Shown in pieces: positions 48,403 through 58,930 of a stretch of DNA of 64,000 nt. The DNA is taken from contig CAVURN010000001.1 in NCBI GenBank assembly GCA_963743915.1, positions 862,683 through 926,682 on the forward strand, in the 5' to 3' direction. The notes below the pieces were generated by a model. The model made no database searches and had not been told where the DNA came from. It saw nothing but the letters and a program-made list of their open reading frames with translations. The translations under genes and the position numbers were made by a program. Positions within the stretch are counted from its first letter, which is position 1. Each line of letters starts with the position of its first letter. Source of the DNA: an uncultured Actinomycetota bacterium (GTDB lineage: Bacteria > Actinomycetota > Actinomycetes > JAHEKZ01).

Positions 48403-51087
48403 GTGGCAGCAGAGACCGGCGCCCCGGCCGCAGATGCCGCGTACCCGCAAGCCTGGGAGGCCGACGTCGTGCTCCGCGACGGCGGCACCTGTCACCTGCG
48501 GCCGATCCGTCCCGAGGACGCAGCTGGGCTGGCCGCCTTCCACGCCAGGCTCTCGCCCGAGACCATCTACTTCCGGTTCTTCGCGCCCTATCCCGAGCTG
48601 ACGCCCCGCGACGTCCAACGTTTCACCGGTGTCGACCACCGGGACCGGGTGGCGTTGGTGGCGACGATCGGCGACGCCATCATCGGTGTCGTCAGGTACG
48701 AGCGGCTCAACGCGTCCGACGCAGAGGTGGCCTTCGTCATCCAGGACGAGCACCAGGGACGAGGGCTGGGAACGATCTTTCTCGAGCACATCGCACAGGC
48801 GGCGCGTGAGCGCGGGATCCGACGGTTCGTCGCCGAGGTGCTGCCCGAGAACGTGCGGATGCTCGAGGTCTTCAAGCACGCCGGCTACCGCCCGGAGACC
48901 TCGCGGGACGAGGGCTTCGTCACCCTGACCTTCGACATCACGCCCACCGCAACCTCGCTGGCGGTGACCCATGCCCGCGAGCAGCGTGCTGAGGCCTCGT
49001 CGGTCCGGCGTCTCGTGCGCCCGGCGTCCGTCGCCGTCGTGGGCGCCAGCCGCGACGAACGGTCGCTGGGCTACGCCCTCGTGCGACACGTCGTCGACGG
49101 TGGCTTCTGCGGACGGGTCGTCGGTGTGAATCCGGCCGCGGGGGACGCCGTAGCGGGTGTTCCCTGCTACCCCTCGCTCGAGGCCGTCCCCGAGCCGGTC
49201 GACCTCGCCATCGTCGCCACGCCGGCCGAGGCGGTCGGGAAGGTCGTGCGGGACGCTGCTGCCGCCGGCGTGCACGGGCTGGTCGTGGTGTCGTCCGGGT
49301 TCGGGGAGAGCGGACCCACGGGCTTCACGGCTCAACGGACGTTGGTGCGCACCGCTCGGGCGCACGGGTTGCGGGTGATCGGTCCGAACGCACTGGGGTT
49401 CATCAACACCGACCCGGAGGTCAGCCTCAACGCGTCGCTCTCGCCCCACGTCCCTGGACGCGGTCCGGTCGGCTTCTTCGCGCAGTCCGGAGCACCTGGA
49501 GTCGCCCTCCTGGAGGCCGCCACGCGACGCGGCATCGGCATCTCCACCTTCGTGTCCGCCGGCAACCGTGCCGACATCAGCGGCAACGACCTGCTGCAGT
49601 ACTGGGAGGACGACGAGGCGACGTCCCTGGTGATGCTCTACCTGGAGTCGATCGGCAACCCTCGCAAGTTCAGTCGCATCGCCCGTCGACTCGGGTCGCA
49701 CAAGCCGATCGTTGCGGTCAAGACCGGCCGCAGCACCCAGGGTGTGCCGCTCGGGCACTCCGTCCGCGGCACGCGTCTGCCCGCGGAGGCCGTCGAGCAG
49801 ATGTTCGTGCAGTCCGGTGTGATCCGCACCGACACGGTGTCGGAGATGTACGACGTGGCCCAGCTGCTCTGTTCGCAGCCGCTGCCGCAGGGCAACCGCG
49901 TCCTGGGCATCAGCAACTCCGACGCCATGACCCTGATGGCGGCCGACGCAGTGAGCGCCGCCGGCATGACCTGGGTGGACCCGCCGTTGACCTTCGGCCC
50001 CGACTCGACCGCCGAGGAGTTCGAGCAGGCGCTCGCGGCCGCTTCCGACGACCCCGCGGTCGACGCGATCCTGGCGATGTTCGTCCCGGGCCTGCACGAC
50101 ACCGGCGTCGACGTCGTCGGGGCGGTGCAGCGCGTGGCTGCCCGCGCCACCACACCGATCCTTGGGGTGATCTTCGCGGTCGAGGGCATCCACCCCTTGC
50201 TGAAGGACCTCACGCGCGGCCTCCCTCAGGTCGGCAGCGTGCCGACCTACCCGGCGGTCGAGGACGCCGTCCGAGCGCTCGCCGCGGTGCAACGACATGT
50301 CGTCTGGCGCCAGCACGCGACGGACACCCCTGACGATCCGGGTGGGCTCGATGTCGAACGTGCCCGCACGCTGGTGACGGACTGGCTGCGCCACGAGACG
50401 GGGGATCGCACACTGACCGATGTCGAGGCGACCGAGCTGCTGCGCTGCTACGGAATCGAGCTGTGGCCGCGGCAGACTGCGCGAACGGCGGACGAGGCGC
50501 TGGCGGCCGCGCACGACCTCGGCTACCCGGTGGTGCTCAAGACCGTCGACTCCTACCTCCGGCTGCGCAGCGACCTGGGTGGCGTGTTCTTCGACATCAC
50601 CGACGATGCGGACCTGCGCCACCAGTTCGCGGCGCGCCTGGCCGACCTCGGACCGCTCGAGTACGACCGCCTCGTGGTGCAGCACCAGGCCCGGCCCGGG
50701 ACGTCGGTGGTGCTCGAGACGACCGAGGACCCGCTCTTCGGACCGGTCGTGTCGTTCGGTCTGAGCGGCGTCGCCTATGACGTCATGGAGGACCGGGCCC
50801 ACGCCGTCCCGCCGCTCAGTGGGCACGACATCGAAATGCTTCTGGACGCCCCCCGCGCCGCCGGCCTGCTGCGCGCGGGTCGTGCCGGACACGGGATCGA
50901 CCGTGACGCCCTGCACGAGCTCGTCGCCCGGACCTCTCGGCTCGCTGACGACTTCCCGGAGCTGGCGTCCCTGGTGCTGCGTCCGGTGGTCGTCTCGGAG
51001 GACGGTGCTGCTGTGCTCGGCGCGCGGGTCACGCTCCGTCGACCTGTCGGCCGCACGGACCTGCCGGTTCGGCGTCTGCTGGGATGA
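48403..51087 (+). CDS. GNAT + NDP-forming acyl-CoA synthetase fusion (Pat/PatA-type protein acetyltransferase)
   Basis: ADVVLRDGG...RPIRPED, HQGRGLG; SVAVVGAS, IGPNALG, SAGNRAD, YPVVLK, DPLFGP. Confidence 0.9.
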   Translation: MAAETGAPAADAAYPQAWEADVVLRDGGTCHLRPIRPEDAAGLAAFHARLSPETIYFRFFAPYPELTPRDVQRFTGVDHRDRVALVATIGDAIIGVVRYERLNASDAEVAFVIQDEHQGRGLGTIFLEHIAQAARERGIRRFVAEVLPENVRMLEVFKHAGYRPETSRDEGFVTLTFDITPTATSLAVTHAREQRAEASSVRRLVRPASVAVVGASRDERSLGYALVRHVVDGGFCGRVVGVNPAAGDAVAGVPCYPSLEAVPEPVDLAIVATPAEAVGKVVRDAAAAGVHGLVVVSSGFGESGPTGFTAQRTLVRTARAHGLRVIGPNALGFINTDPEVSLNASLSPHVPGRGPVGFFAQSGAPGVALLEAATRRGIGISTFVSAGNRADISGNDLLQYWEDDEATSLVMLYLESIGNPRKFSRIARRLGSHKPIVAVKTGRSTQGVPLGHSVRGTRLPAEAVEQMFVQSGVIRTDTVSEMYDVAQLLCSQPLPQGNRVLGISNSDAMTLMAADAVSAAGMTWVDPPLTFGPDSTAEEFEQALAAASDDPAVDAILAMFVPGLHDTGVDVVGAVQRVAARATTPILGVIFAVEGIHPLLKDLTRGLPQVGSVPTYPAVEDAVRALAAVQRHVVWRQHATDTPDDPGGLDVERARTLVTDWLRHETGDRTLTDVEATELLRCYGIELWPRQTARTADEALAAAHDLGYPVVLKTVDSYLRLRSDLGGVFFDITDDADLRHQFAARLADLGPLEYDRLVVQHQARPGTSVVLETTEDPLFGPVVSFGLSGVAYDVMEDRAHAVPPLSGHDIEMLLDAPRAAGLLRAGRAGHGIDRDALHELVARTSRLADDFPELASLVLRPVVVSEDGAAVLGARVTLRRPVGRTDLPVRRLLG

Positions 51088-51135
51088 AGGAGCGCAGGAC
51101 GGCCTGGTGTCTTCGCCCGGTGTCACAATGGGCTC

Positions 51136-51717
51136 ATGACCGACCTCCCCGTCACCTCACCCGGCGACCTCCGCGCAGCCGTCGAGCGTTGCGGGTACTA
51201 CCCCGAGGTGGTGCTCCACTCGCTGGCCGTGGCGGTGGCGGATGAGCCCATCACCTCGTTCCTGGTCCACCACGAGGCCACGTTCGACCGCGACGAGCTT
51301 CGCCGGCACCTGACGGTGGTGCTGCTCACGCCCACCCGGCTCGTGATCGGGCACACCGACGACTACCCGGCCGAGGACGCTGGTGGCCAGCCGCACGCGG
51401 CCACGAGCACGGAGGCGGTGCGCATCGACCGGTTGACGTCCGTGGTGGTCAGCCACATCGTCGACAACCCGGTCGGGCACGAGTCGGGCAACCTGCCGCG
51501 TGAGGTGGTCGTCACGGTCGGCTGGGGGGCGGTGAGCCGTCTCGACCTCGAGCCTGCCACCTGTGGCGACCCCGACTGCGAGGCCGACCACGGCTACACC
51601 GGCACGTCCACCGTCGACGACTTCTCCGTGCGGGTGTCCCAGACCGCCGACGGCGTCGAGGGTGTGGTGCAGGCCGTGGAGTTCGCGCGCTCCCTGTCAC
51701 GCGCGACGACGCGCTGA
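51136..51717 (+). CDS. DUF5998 family protein
   Basis: GYYPEVV, HHEATFD, LTPTRL, WGAVSRLDLEPATCGDPDCEADHGYTG. Confidence 0.88.
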   Translation: MTDLPVTSPGDLRAAVERCGYYPEVVLHSLAVAVADEPITSFLVHHEATFDRDELRRHLTVVLLTPTRLVIGHTDDYPAEDAGGQPHAATSTEAVRIDRLTSVVVSHIVDNPVGHESGNLPREVVVTVGWGAVSRLDLEPATCGDPDCEADHGYTGTSTVDDFSVRVSQTADGVEGVVQAVEFARSLSRATTR

Positions 51718-51720
51718 CCT

Positions 51721-52539
51721 CTAGTCGGGCTTACGTGATCCGAAGAGGATCTCGTCCCAGCTCGGTACTGACGCCTTCTTCTTACGCTTGGTCGGGGGGC
51801 TGTCCGGCACTGTCTCACGCCCTCGCTGGAGCATCTCGATGGCCTCCTGGGTGCCGGTCTTCTCGGGCACCGGGGGCGCCTCGTCGCTCTCGTCGTCGGC
51901 AGCCACCTCGTCGTCGATCAGCTCGTCGTCGGCCGTGCTCACCGAGCGCAGCTGGGTCACCACCCCGGTGGACTCCTCTTCCAGCAGCCATCGCGCCTCG
52001 TCGTCGTCGGCCGTCACGGTGCGACGCGTCGGGTCGTACACCCAGTTCGCCGAGCGCTCGCCGTCCCCCGAGAGGTAGTCCAGGCGGACCTCCCAGCCGC
52101 CGTCCTCGCGACGCCACGCATCCCACTGCATCCCGTCCCGGGGGACGCCGCGCTGCTCGAGGCGTTGGCCGACCAGTTCTCCGAGCAGCATCACCGCTCC
52201 GTGGTCGTCACGGCGGATGCTCACCTTCGCCGCCTCCTGGGCGATGTACTCGCGCTCGTGGAGGATCGGACCCGCGAACCGCTCGACCCGCTCCATCGAG
52301 ATGCCGGCCTCGTCCGCCACTTCCTGCAGGCTCTGTCCGCTGCGGATGCGGGCCTGGATCTCACGGGGACTGAGGCGGCTCTCCAGATCCAGGGGCATCT
52401 GGGTCGGGGCGTCGGGCTCGGTGCGCAGAAGCGTGCGCAACCGGTTGTCGACCGGCAGATGGTCCTTCTCGCCGCCGGGACGCTCGAGGATCAGCCGAGC
52501 ACCGTCATCGGTGACGCCCACCAGTCGAAGGTCTGTCAT
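51721..52539 (-). CDS. sepH: Septation protein SepH (DUF3071)
   Basis: LSPREIQARIRSG, VERFAGPIL, WDAWRREDGGW, C-terminal ASVPSWDEILFG. Confidence 0.9.
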   Translation of the reverse strand: MTDLRLVGVTDDGARLILERPGGEKDHLPVDNRLRTLLRTEPDAPTQMPLDLESRLSPREIQARIRSGQSLQEVADEAGISMERVERFAGPILHEREYIAQEAAKVSIRRDDHGAVMLLGELVGQRLEQRGVPRDGMQWDAWRREDGGWEVRLDYLSGDGERSANWVYDPTRRTVTADDDEARWLLEEESTGVVTQLRSVSTADDELIDDEVAADDESDEAPPVPEKTGTQEAIEMLQRGRETVPDSPPTKRKKKASVPSWDEILFGSRKPD

Positions 52540-52564
52540 GGCGGCAAGAATGTCACACCACGGA

Positions 52565-53788
52565 TCATGCCGGGGGCGAGGTGTCAGACGTCTCGTCGGG
52601 CCCGCCGTACGCCTGCGCCATGCTGCGGAGTCCACCCAGGGCCGCCACGGTGGCCACCATTCCGGCGGTGATCGCCACCCAGAACCCGGCGCTCAAGGAG
52701 ATCTCGTCGACGAGCCATCCGCTCGACGGTGACCCGAGCGCGAAACCCACAGCGATCGCGGTGGACGTCCAGGTGAGCGACTGCGTCAGCGCCGAAGCCG
52801 GGACGAGCCGGGCCGCGAGACCGAATCCGGCGATGAGCGCTGGAGACACACCGGCACCGGCGAAGAGCAGGACCGCGGCGATCCCCGGCAGTGCGTGCAC
52901 GAACAGCAGGGGAAGGAGCAGCACGGCGGTCGCTGCGGAACCGACGAGCAGCTGCACGTGCAGGCCGGGCAGTCGTTGCAGGCCGCCGATCACGAGTCCG
53001 GAGACCATCGAGCTGACCGACCAGATGGCGAGGACCACACCCGCGGCGGCGATCTCACCACCTTCGCGGGCGGTGGCGATGACCGTCACCTCCACACCGG
53101 CGAAGACGACACCGAGCATCACCATCACGAGGACGACCGACGGCATGCCGGGGTAGCGAAGCGCCAGACGTTCACCGTGCCGCGCGTCCGGACGCGGCGG
53201 CGGCTCGGTGGACCCCTGTGCGAGGAACGCCACGGTGCCGGTCGCACCGATCACGGCCGTGAGCGCCAGTGCTTGTGCGGCTCCGACCGTCGCCGCGACG
53301 CCCGCGGCCAGCGGCGGCCCGATGATGAACACGAACTCGTCCACCACCGACTCCCACGAGTAGGCGGTGCGCAGCAGCGGGGACTGGGCAAGCAGGTAGG
53401 ACCAACGGGCACGGACCGCTGCCCCCACCACTGGCAGCGCGGCACCGGAGACCGCCGCGGCGACGAAGAACGTCCAGAGCGGCGCGTCGGTCGCCGCCAG
53501 TGCCAGGATCGCCGCCACTCCCACCACGTGGATGCCGATCTGCGGTCCGATCACCCGGCGCTGGCCGTAGCGGTCGATGAGCATGGCGACGGCCGGAGCT
53601 GCGAAGGCCCCCACCAGGATCCAGGTGGCGTCCACGGCTCCGGCGAGGAAGTACGAGTCGGTGATGTCGACCATCAGCAGCAGCAGCGCCAGCCCACCCA
53701 TGGCCAGCGGGAGCCGGGCGAAGAACCCGGCCAACGAGAAGGGCCAGGCATGCGGGGTGCGCAGAAGCTGCACGTACGGGCTGGCCAC
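52565..53788 (-). CDS. MFS transporter
   Basis: ARLPLAM, LIDRYGQRRV, RARW, AYSWESVVDEFVFIIGP; about 12 TM helices. Confidence 0.9.
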   Translation of the reverse strand: MASPYVQLLRTPHAWPFSLAGFFARLPLAMGGLALLLLMVDITDSYFLAGAVDATWILVGAFAAPAVAMLIDRYGQRRVIGPQIGIHVVGVAAILALAATDAPLWTFFVAAAVSGAALPVVGAAVRARWSYLLAQSPLLRTAYSWESVVDEFVFIIGPPLAAGVAATVGAAQALALTAVIGATGTVAFLAQGSTEPPPRPDARHGERLALRYPGMPSVVLVMVMLGVVFAGVEVTVIATAREGGEIAAAGVVLAIWSVSSMVSGLVIGGLQRLPGLHVQLLVGSAATAVLLLPLLFVHALPGIAAVLLFAGAGVSPALIAGFGLAARLVPASALTQSLTWTSTAIAVGFALGSPSSGWLVDEISLSAGFWVAITAGMVATVAALGGLRSMAQAYGGPDETSDTSPPA

Positions 53789-53876
53789 GGCGTCACGCTA
53801 CGGCGTGGCTTCCGCACCCGAGCCGGGGGCACACCTGAACGGCGCCTGCCGGCTCCGGCTGTCAGGATGAGTGCCC

Positions 53877-54971
53877 ATGGCCCCCGTCGACGCGCTCCTG
53901 CTGGTCTCGTTCGGCGGCCCGGAAGGGCCCGACGACGTGGTGCCGTTCCTGAAGAACGTCACGCGAGGTCGTGACATCCCCGAGGAGCGGCTGCGCGAGG
54001 TGGGTCAGCACTACTTCCACTTCGGGGGAGTCAGCCCGATCAACGCGCAGAACCGCGCACTGCTCGCCTCCCTGCGCGCCGAGCTGCCTCGCCACGGCCT
54101 GGACCTGCCGGTCTACTGGGGAAACCGCAACTGGACGCCCTACCTGTCCGAGGCGCTCCAGCAGATGCGTGATGACGGGGTGCGCCGGGCACTCGCGTTC
54201 TTCACCTCCGCCTACTCGTCGTACAGCGGCTGTCGTCAGTACCGCGAGAACCTGGCGGCGGCGCGTTCCGCGGTCGGCGAGGGTGCGCCCCAGATCGAGC
54301 GCATCGGTCCCTACTTCAACCACGCGGGGTTCGTGGAGCCCTTCGTGGACGGCACCGTGGATGCCGTGGCTGCACTGAACCCGGACCAGCAGTCGGATGC
54401 TCGGCTGGTCTTCACCACGCACTCCATCCCGCTGTCGATGGCCGAGTCGAGCGGCGTCCCGGGCGGCGCCTACGTCCGGCAGCACCTCGACGTGGCCTCG
54501 GTGGTCGCCGCCCGCGTGTCCCAGCGCCTGGGGCGGTCGCTCGAGTGGGATCTCGTGTACCAGTCGCGCAGTGGAGCTCCGCACGTCCCGTGGCTCGAGC
54601 CGGACATCGACGGGCACCTGCGCACGGTCGCCGCACGAGGCTGCACCGCCGCGGTCGTGGTGCCGATCGGGTTCGTCTCCGACCACGTCGAGGTGCTCTG
54701 GGACCTCGACACCCAGGCCCGTGCGACGGCCGATGAGGTGGGGCTTCCGATGGTGCGCGTCCCGACTCCGGGGACGGACCCGCGCCTGGTCTCCATGGTC
54801 GCCGAGCTGGCACTCGAGCACATCGAGGAGCGCCCGTACGGGGAGCGGCCGCGGCTCGGCAACCTGCCCGCGAGTCCGGACCGGTGTGCTCTCGGCTGCT
54901 GCCCCAACCCCCGGGCCTCGCTGCCGGCGGTCGGGGGCGCGGAGACCGGTCAAGGCGATCGATCGCCGTGA
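53877..54971 (+). CDS. hemH: Ferrochelatase (coproporphyrin III ferrochelatase)
   Basis: LLVSFGGPE, GGVSPIN, GNRNW, FTTHSIP, YQSRSG...WLEP, PIGFVSDHVEVLWDLD. Confidence 0.95.
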   Translation: MAPVDALLLVSFGGPEGPDDVVPFLKNVTRGRDIPEERLREVGQHYFHFGGVSPINAQNRALLASLRAELPRHGLDLPVYWGNRNWTPYLSEALQQMRDDGVRRALAFFTSAYSSYSGCRQYRENLAAARSAVGEGAPQIERIGPYFNHAGFVEPFVDGTVDAVAALNPDQQSDARLVFTTHSIPLSMAESSGVPGGAYVRQHLDVASVVAARVSQRLGRSLEWDLVYQSRSGAPHVPWLEPDIDGHLRTVAARGCTAAVVVPIGFVSDHVEVLWDLDTQARATADEVGLPMVRVPTPGTDPRLVSMVAELALEHIEERPYGERPRLGNLPASPDRCALGCCPNPRASLPAVGGAETGQGDRSP

Positions 54972-55783
54972 GTGTGCCCTCGCCCGACGCCGACGAGCTC
55001 CGGGAGCTCTGTGCCCGCACGGCTGAGGCGGCGGGTCGCTGGCTGGTGGCCTGGCGTGCCGGGCGCACGAGCCTCTCGACGAGCACCAAGTCGAGCCCCA
55101 CCGATGTGGTCACCGAGGCGGACCGGGAGGTGGAAGGACTCATCCGCGAGCGGCTGATGAAGGCTCACCCCGGAGCCGCTTGGTGGGGCGAGGAGTCCGG
55201 TCGCAGCTCGGGATCGGACAGCGCAGGAGCACTGGAGTGGGTGGTCGACCCCATCGACGGCACGGTGAACTTCCTCTACGACCTGCCGGGGTGGTCGGTG
55301 AGCATCGGCGCCGTGGTCCGCGGTCAGGTCGTGGCGGGCGCGGTGGCGATCCCCACGCTCGACGAGCTGTACTCGACGTCCCTGGGGGGCGGTGCGTGGC
55401 TCGAGACCTCACGGGTGCCGCGACGACGTCTTGCCGCGTCGACCTGCGACGACCTGACCCAGGCGCTGGTCGCCACGGGCTTCGCCTACGACCCGCAGCT
55501 TCGTGCGGTGCAGGGACGAGCCGTCGGTCTGATGCTCGGTCGGGTGCGGGACATCCGTCGTGCGGGGGCGGCCTCCGTCGACTTCTGCTCGGTGGCGGCG
55601 GGGCGGGTAGATGCCTACGTCGAGCGGGGACTGCAGCCGTGGGACCGCGCCGCCGGTGCCCTCATCGCGCGGGAGGCCGGTGCCGTCGTCGACGAGCACC
55701 CGGACGGCTCCGTCGTGGCGTGCGCACCGGGGCTGCGAGCCGCGCTGACCGAGCTGCTCGACGACGTCGGCGCCTGGGACTGA
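54968..55783 (+). CDS. suhB: Inositol monophosphatase family protein
   Basis: TKSSPTDVVTEAD, GEE, WVVDPIDGTVNF, WDRAAG. Confidence 0.88.
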   Translation: MSVPSPDADELRELCARTAEAAGRWLVAWRAGRTSLSTSTKSSPTDVVTEADREVEGLIRERLMKAHPGAAWWGEESGRSSGSDSAGALEWVVDPIDGTVNFLYDLPGWSVSIGAVVRGQVVAGAVAIPTLDELYSTSLGGGAWLETSRVPRRRLAASTCDDLTQALVATGFAYDPQLRAVQGRAVGLMLGRVRDIRRAGAASVDFCSVAAGRVDAYVERGLQPWDRAAGALIAREAGAVVDEHPDGSVVACAPGLRAALTELLDDVGAWD

Positions 55784-55820
55784 CCGGTCCTCAAGGCCAG
55801 TGGACGGGCGCGTCCGGTGC

Positions 55821-56339
55821 CTAGTCCAGCCGCCGAAGGGACGCGCGGTAGCGGTGACCGTTGGCCACGTAGGTGGCGACGGAGTCACTGAAGGCGTTCT
55901 CGGGCACGCTCGACGGCCGGATGGTGGCAGGCACCCCCAGGGCCATCGCGCGTCCCGGCACCTCGGTGCCCCCGGAGACCACCGCACCGGCCCCGACCAG
56001 CGCACCGGTCCTGACCAGGGCACGGTGGAGGACGATGGAGCCCGATCCGATCAGGCAGCCGTCCTCGACCACGCACCCCTCGAGGTGGGCCAGGTGCCCC
56101 ACGACGCAGTCGGCGCCGATCGAGGTGGAGAGCTCGGCGGTGGCGTGCACGACGGCGCCGTCCTGAACCGAGGTTCGCGCGCCTACCGTGATGGTGCCGT
56201 AGTCACCCCGCAGCACCGCGCTGGGCCAGACTGTGGCCTCCGCCTCGATCGTCACATCGCCGATGACCACAGCGTCCGGGTGTACGAAGGCGTTCGGGTG
56301 GATCGAGGGCGTCCGTTCGCCCAGGGCGTACACGGCCAT
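55821..56339 (-). CDS. Gamma carbonic anhydrase family protein
   Basis: VHPDAVVIGDV, VLRGD, VQDGAVVH, GHLAHLEGC; hexapeptide repeats. Confidence 0.9.
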   Translation of the reverse strand: MAVYALGERTPSIHPNAFVHPDAVVIGDVTIEAEATVWPSAVLRGDYGTITVGARTSVQDGAVVHATAELSTSIGADCVVGHLAHLEGCVVEDGCLIGSGSIVLHRALVRTGALVGAGAVVSGGTEVPGRAMALGVPATIRPSSVPENAFSDSVATYVANGHRYRASLRRLD

Positions 56340-56572
56340 GGATTTCCCCTCTTCTTTCCTGTATTTCACCTGGTAGACGCGCCGAGAAAGGCCACGGTGC
56401 GGCGCTCAGGGGCAGGCTAGGGCACAATCTCACCCCGAACGGTGTGGCACCGGTCGGGAGTGGGCACAAAACACCTGTCCGATGTGTTAGAACCCACGCC
56501 AGCACCCGGCACCGGAACGACCCGCTCGGGCCACCGAGCAATCCGGATCCTCGAAGGAGGGGTCCCGCACCC

Positions 56573-56869
56573 ATGGCGACCGACTACGACACTCCCCGCA
56601 AGACCGACGACGAGCTCTCCGAGGACAGCCTCGAAGAGCTGAAGGCTCGTCGCGCCGATCTTGCTGCGTCGACCGTCGACGTCGACGAGACCGAGCTCGC
56701 GGAGTCGCACGAGCTGCCCGGTGCAGATCTCTCCGGAGAAGAGCTCACCGTCCGCGTCGTCCCCAAGCAGGAGGACGAGTTCACCTGCTCCCGCTGCTTC
56801 CTGGTGCACCACCGCAGCCAGCTGGCCAAGAAGGTCAGCGGCCAGCCGGTGTGCCGGGACTGCGCCTGA
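56573..56869 (+). CDS. DUF4193 family protein
   Basis: MATDYDTPRK...LPGADLSGEEL...EFTCSRCFLVHHRSQL...CRDCA. Confidence 0.93.
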   Translation: MATDYDTPRKTDDELSEDSLEELKARRADLAASTVDVDETELAESHELPGADLSGEELTVRVVPKQEDEFTCSRCFLVHHRSQLAKKVSGQPVCRDCA

Positions 56870-57000
56870 GCCCTCCACGCGTGCGCGGTCACTGAACGGC
56901 GCCACCCCGACGCCTGGTCCTGCGGGCTGGCGTCCATGGGTGTGCCCATGCCTGCAATCAATGAAGGCGGTGTCACACCGCACCCGCTGGGGGTGGGGGG

Positions 57001-57249
57001 TCAGCCCGCGACCGATGCGCGGGGGCGGGAGGCTCGCTGGGTCGCCCAGTTCTTGGCGACCGCCACGGTCGCGGCACTGACTGCCGCGAAGATCAGCACC
57101 TCGGGCAGCGGGCTGTCGTCCTTGCCCGGCTCCGAGCCGCGGACGAACCGCCACGCCGCGCTCACCGCCTTCTGGGCCACCAACCCCGCCGCCAGCGCCG
57201 CCACCGTGACCACGACCTGCGACGGACCGGACTCCTTGGACGCGCCCAT
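57001..57249 (-). CDS. DUF4235 family small membrane protein
   Basis: AAGLVAQKAVSAAWRFVRGSEP...EVLIFAAVSA. Confidence 0.7.
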   Translation of the reverse strand: MGASKESGPSQVVVTVAALAAGLVAQKAVSAAWRFVRGSEPGKDDSPLPEVLIFAAVSAATVAVAKNWATQRASRPRASVAG

Positions 57250-57291
57250 CCCGTTCCTTCCCTTAGCCTCCGTTACCCCTGTGGGTCCCGG

Positions 57292-57792
57292 CTAGATCCT
57301 GTCACGCCCCGGCGCTGCCGGAGAGGGCTGCAGCGCGTCGGCCAGCTGCTGCGGCCGCCGGGTGGAGACGTACCAGGACGGCGTGGGGTCACGGGGGTCG
57401 ACCACCTCGAGGGCGATCGCCGTCCGGACCCACCCGCGCAGAGCCGTGTAGGCCCGCGGATCCGCCTCGGGGCCGCGCCGTCGCCGAGCGGCGTCGGCGT
57501 CGAGCACCTCGACCCGGCCGATGCAGGAGTGCGGCAGGTGGGCCGGACCGACCCACAGCCCGGTGCGGTCGACCCGCACGACGGTCGACACCTGCACCAG
57601 TCCGGCGCTCGCCAGGCCGAAGGCGAGGACTCCCACCGCCGTCCCCACCGGCATCCCGAGCGCGTGACCGTAGGCGATGCCCAGCGTGGCCGCCCAGAAG
57701 ACGGCCGCGACCCACGTCCACCACGGGACGGTGAGCCGCTCACGGAAGACCGTGCCGGCGGCGTCCGCGGACGAGGTCGAGGGCGCGCTCAC
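57292..57792 (-). CDS. DUF3093 family protein
   Basis: FRERLTVPWW, VGPAHLP, GPEADPRA, DPRDPTPSWYVSTRRP. Confidence 0.88.
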   Translation of the reverse strand: MSAPSTSSADAAGTVFRERLTVPWWTWVAAVFWAATLGIAYGHALGMPVGTAVGVLAFGLASAGLVQVSTVVRVDRTGLWVGPAHLPHSCIGRVEVLDADAARRRRGPEADPRAYTALRGWVRTAIALEVVDPRDPTPSWYVSTRRPQQLADALQPSPAAPGRDRI

Positions 57793-57844
57793 CACTCCAG
57801 GGTGGCACCGGTGTGAGGGTCCCGCGCGAGTAGGGTCGCCTCTC

Positions 57845-58450
57845 GTGAGCGAGCAGCCCGCGCCGCGTCGGCGTCCGATCGAACCTCCGGCGCACGCGAC
57901 GCCTCCCGAGAGACATGCCGACGCCCCGCCACCCGGCACGCTGCTCGGCAGCCACTACCGCCAGTGCTTCGGATGCGGGCCGGACCACCCCACGGGACTG
58001 CACCTGTCGCTGACGGCCGGCCAGGGCTGCACCATCCACGCCGAGCTGCAGGTCACCGAGCACCACCAAGGAGCTCCCGGACTGGCCCACGGCGGGCTGC
58101 TCGCCGCCGCGTTCGACGAGGCCCTGGGGGCGGTCACCTGGCTGCTGCGGGTGCCCGTGGTGACCGTGCACCTCGAGACCGACTACCGGCAGCCGGTGCC
58201 CGTGGGGTCGACGCTGCTGCTCGACGCCGAGTGCTATGCCGTGGCCGGCCGGAAGATCTACTCCCGCGCCGTAGGCCGGCTGGCCGAGCCCGACGGCTCG
58301 CCGGGTGCCGTCGCCGTCCAGGCTCGTTCGGTGTTCGTGTCGGTGCCCCTCGAGCACTTTCGCGAGCACGGACGCGCCTCCGACATCGACAGCTTCGTGG
58401 CCAGCCACGACGAGACCGAGGTGCTGCACGCCTTCGAGGTCAACCCGTGA
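57845..58450 (+). CDS. PaaI-family thioesterase
   Basis: [37 protein letters not shown]. Confidence 0.88.
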   Translation: MSEQPAPRRRPIEPPAHATPPERHADAPPPGTLLGSHYRQCFGCGPDHPTGLHLSLTAGQGCTIHAELQVTEHHQGAPGLAHGGLLAAAFDEALGAVTWLLRVPVVTVHLETDYRQPVPVGSTLLLDAECYAVAGRKIYSRAVGRLAEPDGSPGAVAVQARSVFVSVPLEHFREHGRASDIDSFVASHDETEVLHAFEVNP

Positions 58451-58908
58451 CGGGCCGCGACCCGGTCGACGTGCTGGTGGTGCGGCTCGACCCGGAGCTG
58501 CCGCTTCCCACCTACGCCCACCCTGGCGACGCCGGACTCGACCTCTGCACCGCCGAGGACCTCCAGGTGCCCCCACACGGGCGGGTGCTTGCGCCTACCG
58601 GCCTGGCGATCGCGCTGCCCGACGGCTGGGCCGCGTTCGTGCACCCACGCAGCGGCTTGGCGGTCCGCGAGGGCCTGACGGTGGCCAACGCCCCGGGAAC
58701 CGTGGATGCTGGTTACCGAGGGGAGATCAAGGTGGCGCTGGTCAACCTCGACCCCGTCACCGCCGTGACCGTCCGCCGGGGGGAACGGATCGCCCAGCTC
58801 GTCGTCCAGCGGGTGGGGCACGTCCAGCTGCACGAGGTCGACCGCCTGCCCGGTTCCGCCCGCGGCGACGGGGGATTCGGCTCCACCGGACGCGCCACTT
58901 CCGCCTGA
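58447..58908 (+). CDS. dut: dUTP diphosphatase
   Basis: [38 protein letters not shown]. Confidence 0.96.
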   Translation: MTGRDPVDVLVVRLDPELPLPTYAHPGDAGLDLCTAEDLQVPPHGRVLAPTGLAIALPDGWAAFVHPRSGLAVREGLTVANAPGTVDAGYRGEIKVALVNLDPVTAVTVRRGERIAQLVVQRVGHVQLHEVDRLPGSARGDGGFGSTGRATSA

Positions 58909-58930
58909 CCGGCCAACCGAAAGAGGTCCA

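Noticed and set aside
48331-51126. Very long antisense ORFs (also 7277-8830, 36917-38773, 40448-42580, 1333-2814 and others)
   Set aside because: Shadow ORFs opposite well-supported genes, expected from high-GC codon bias; no recognisable motifs.
56467-56488. LexA-box-like CAAAACACCTGTCCGA upstream of DUF4193
   Set aside because: Four mismatches to TCGAAC-N4-GTTCGA.
56935-56982. Short palindromes CATGGG-N4-CCCATG and GCGGTGT-C-ACACCGC between convergent genes
   Set aside because: Short GC-rich stems compatible with ordinary terminators or chance.
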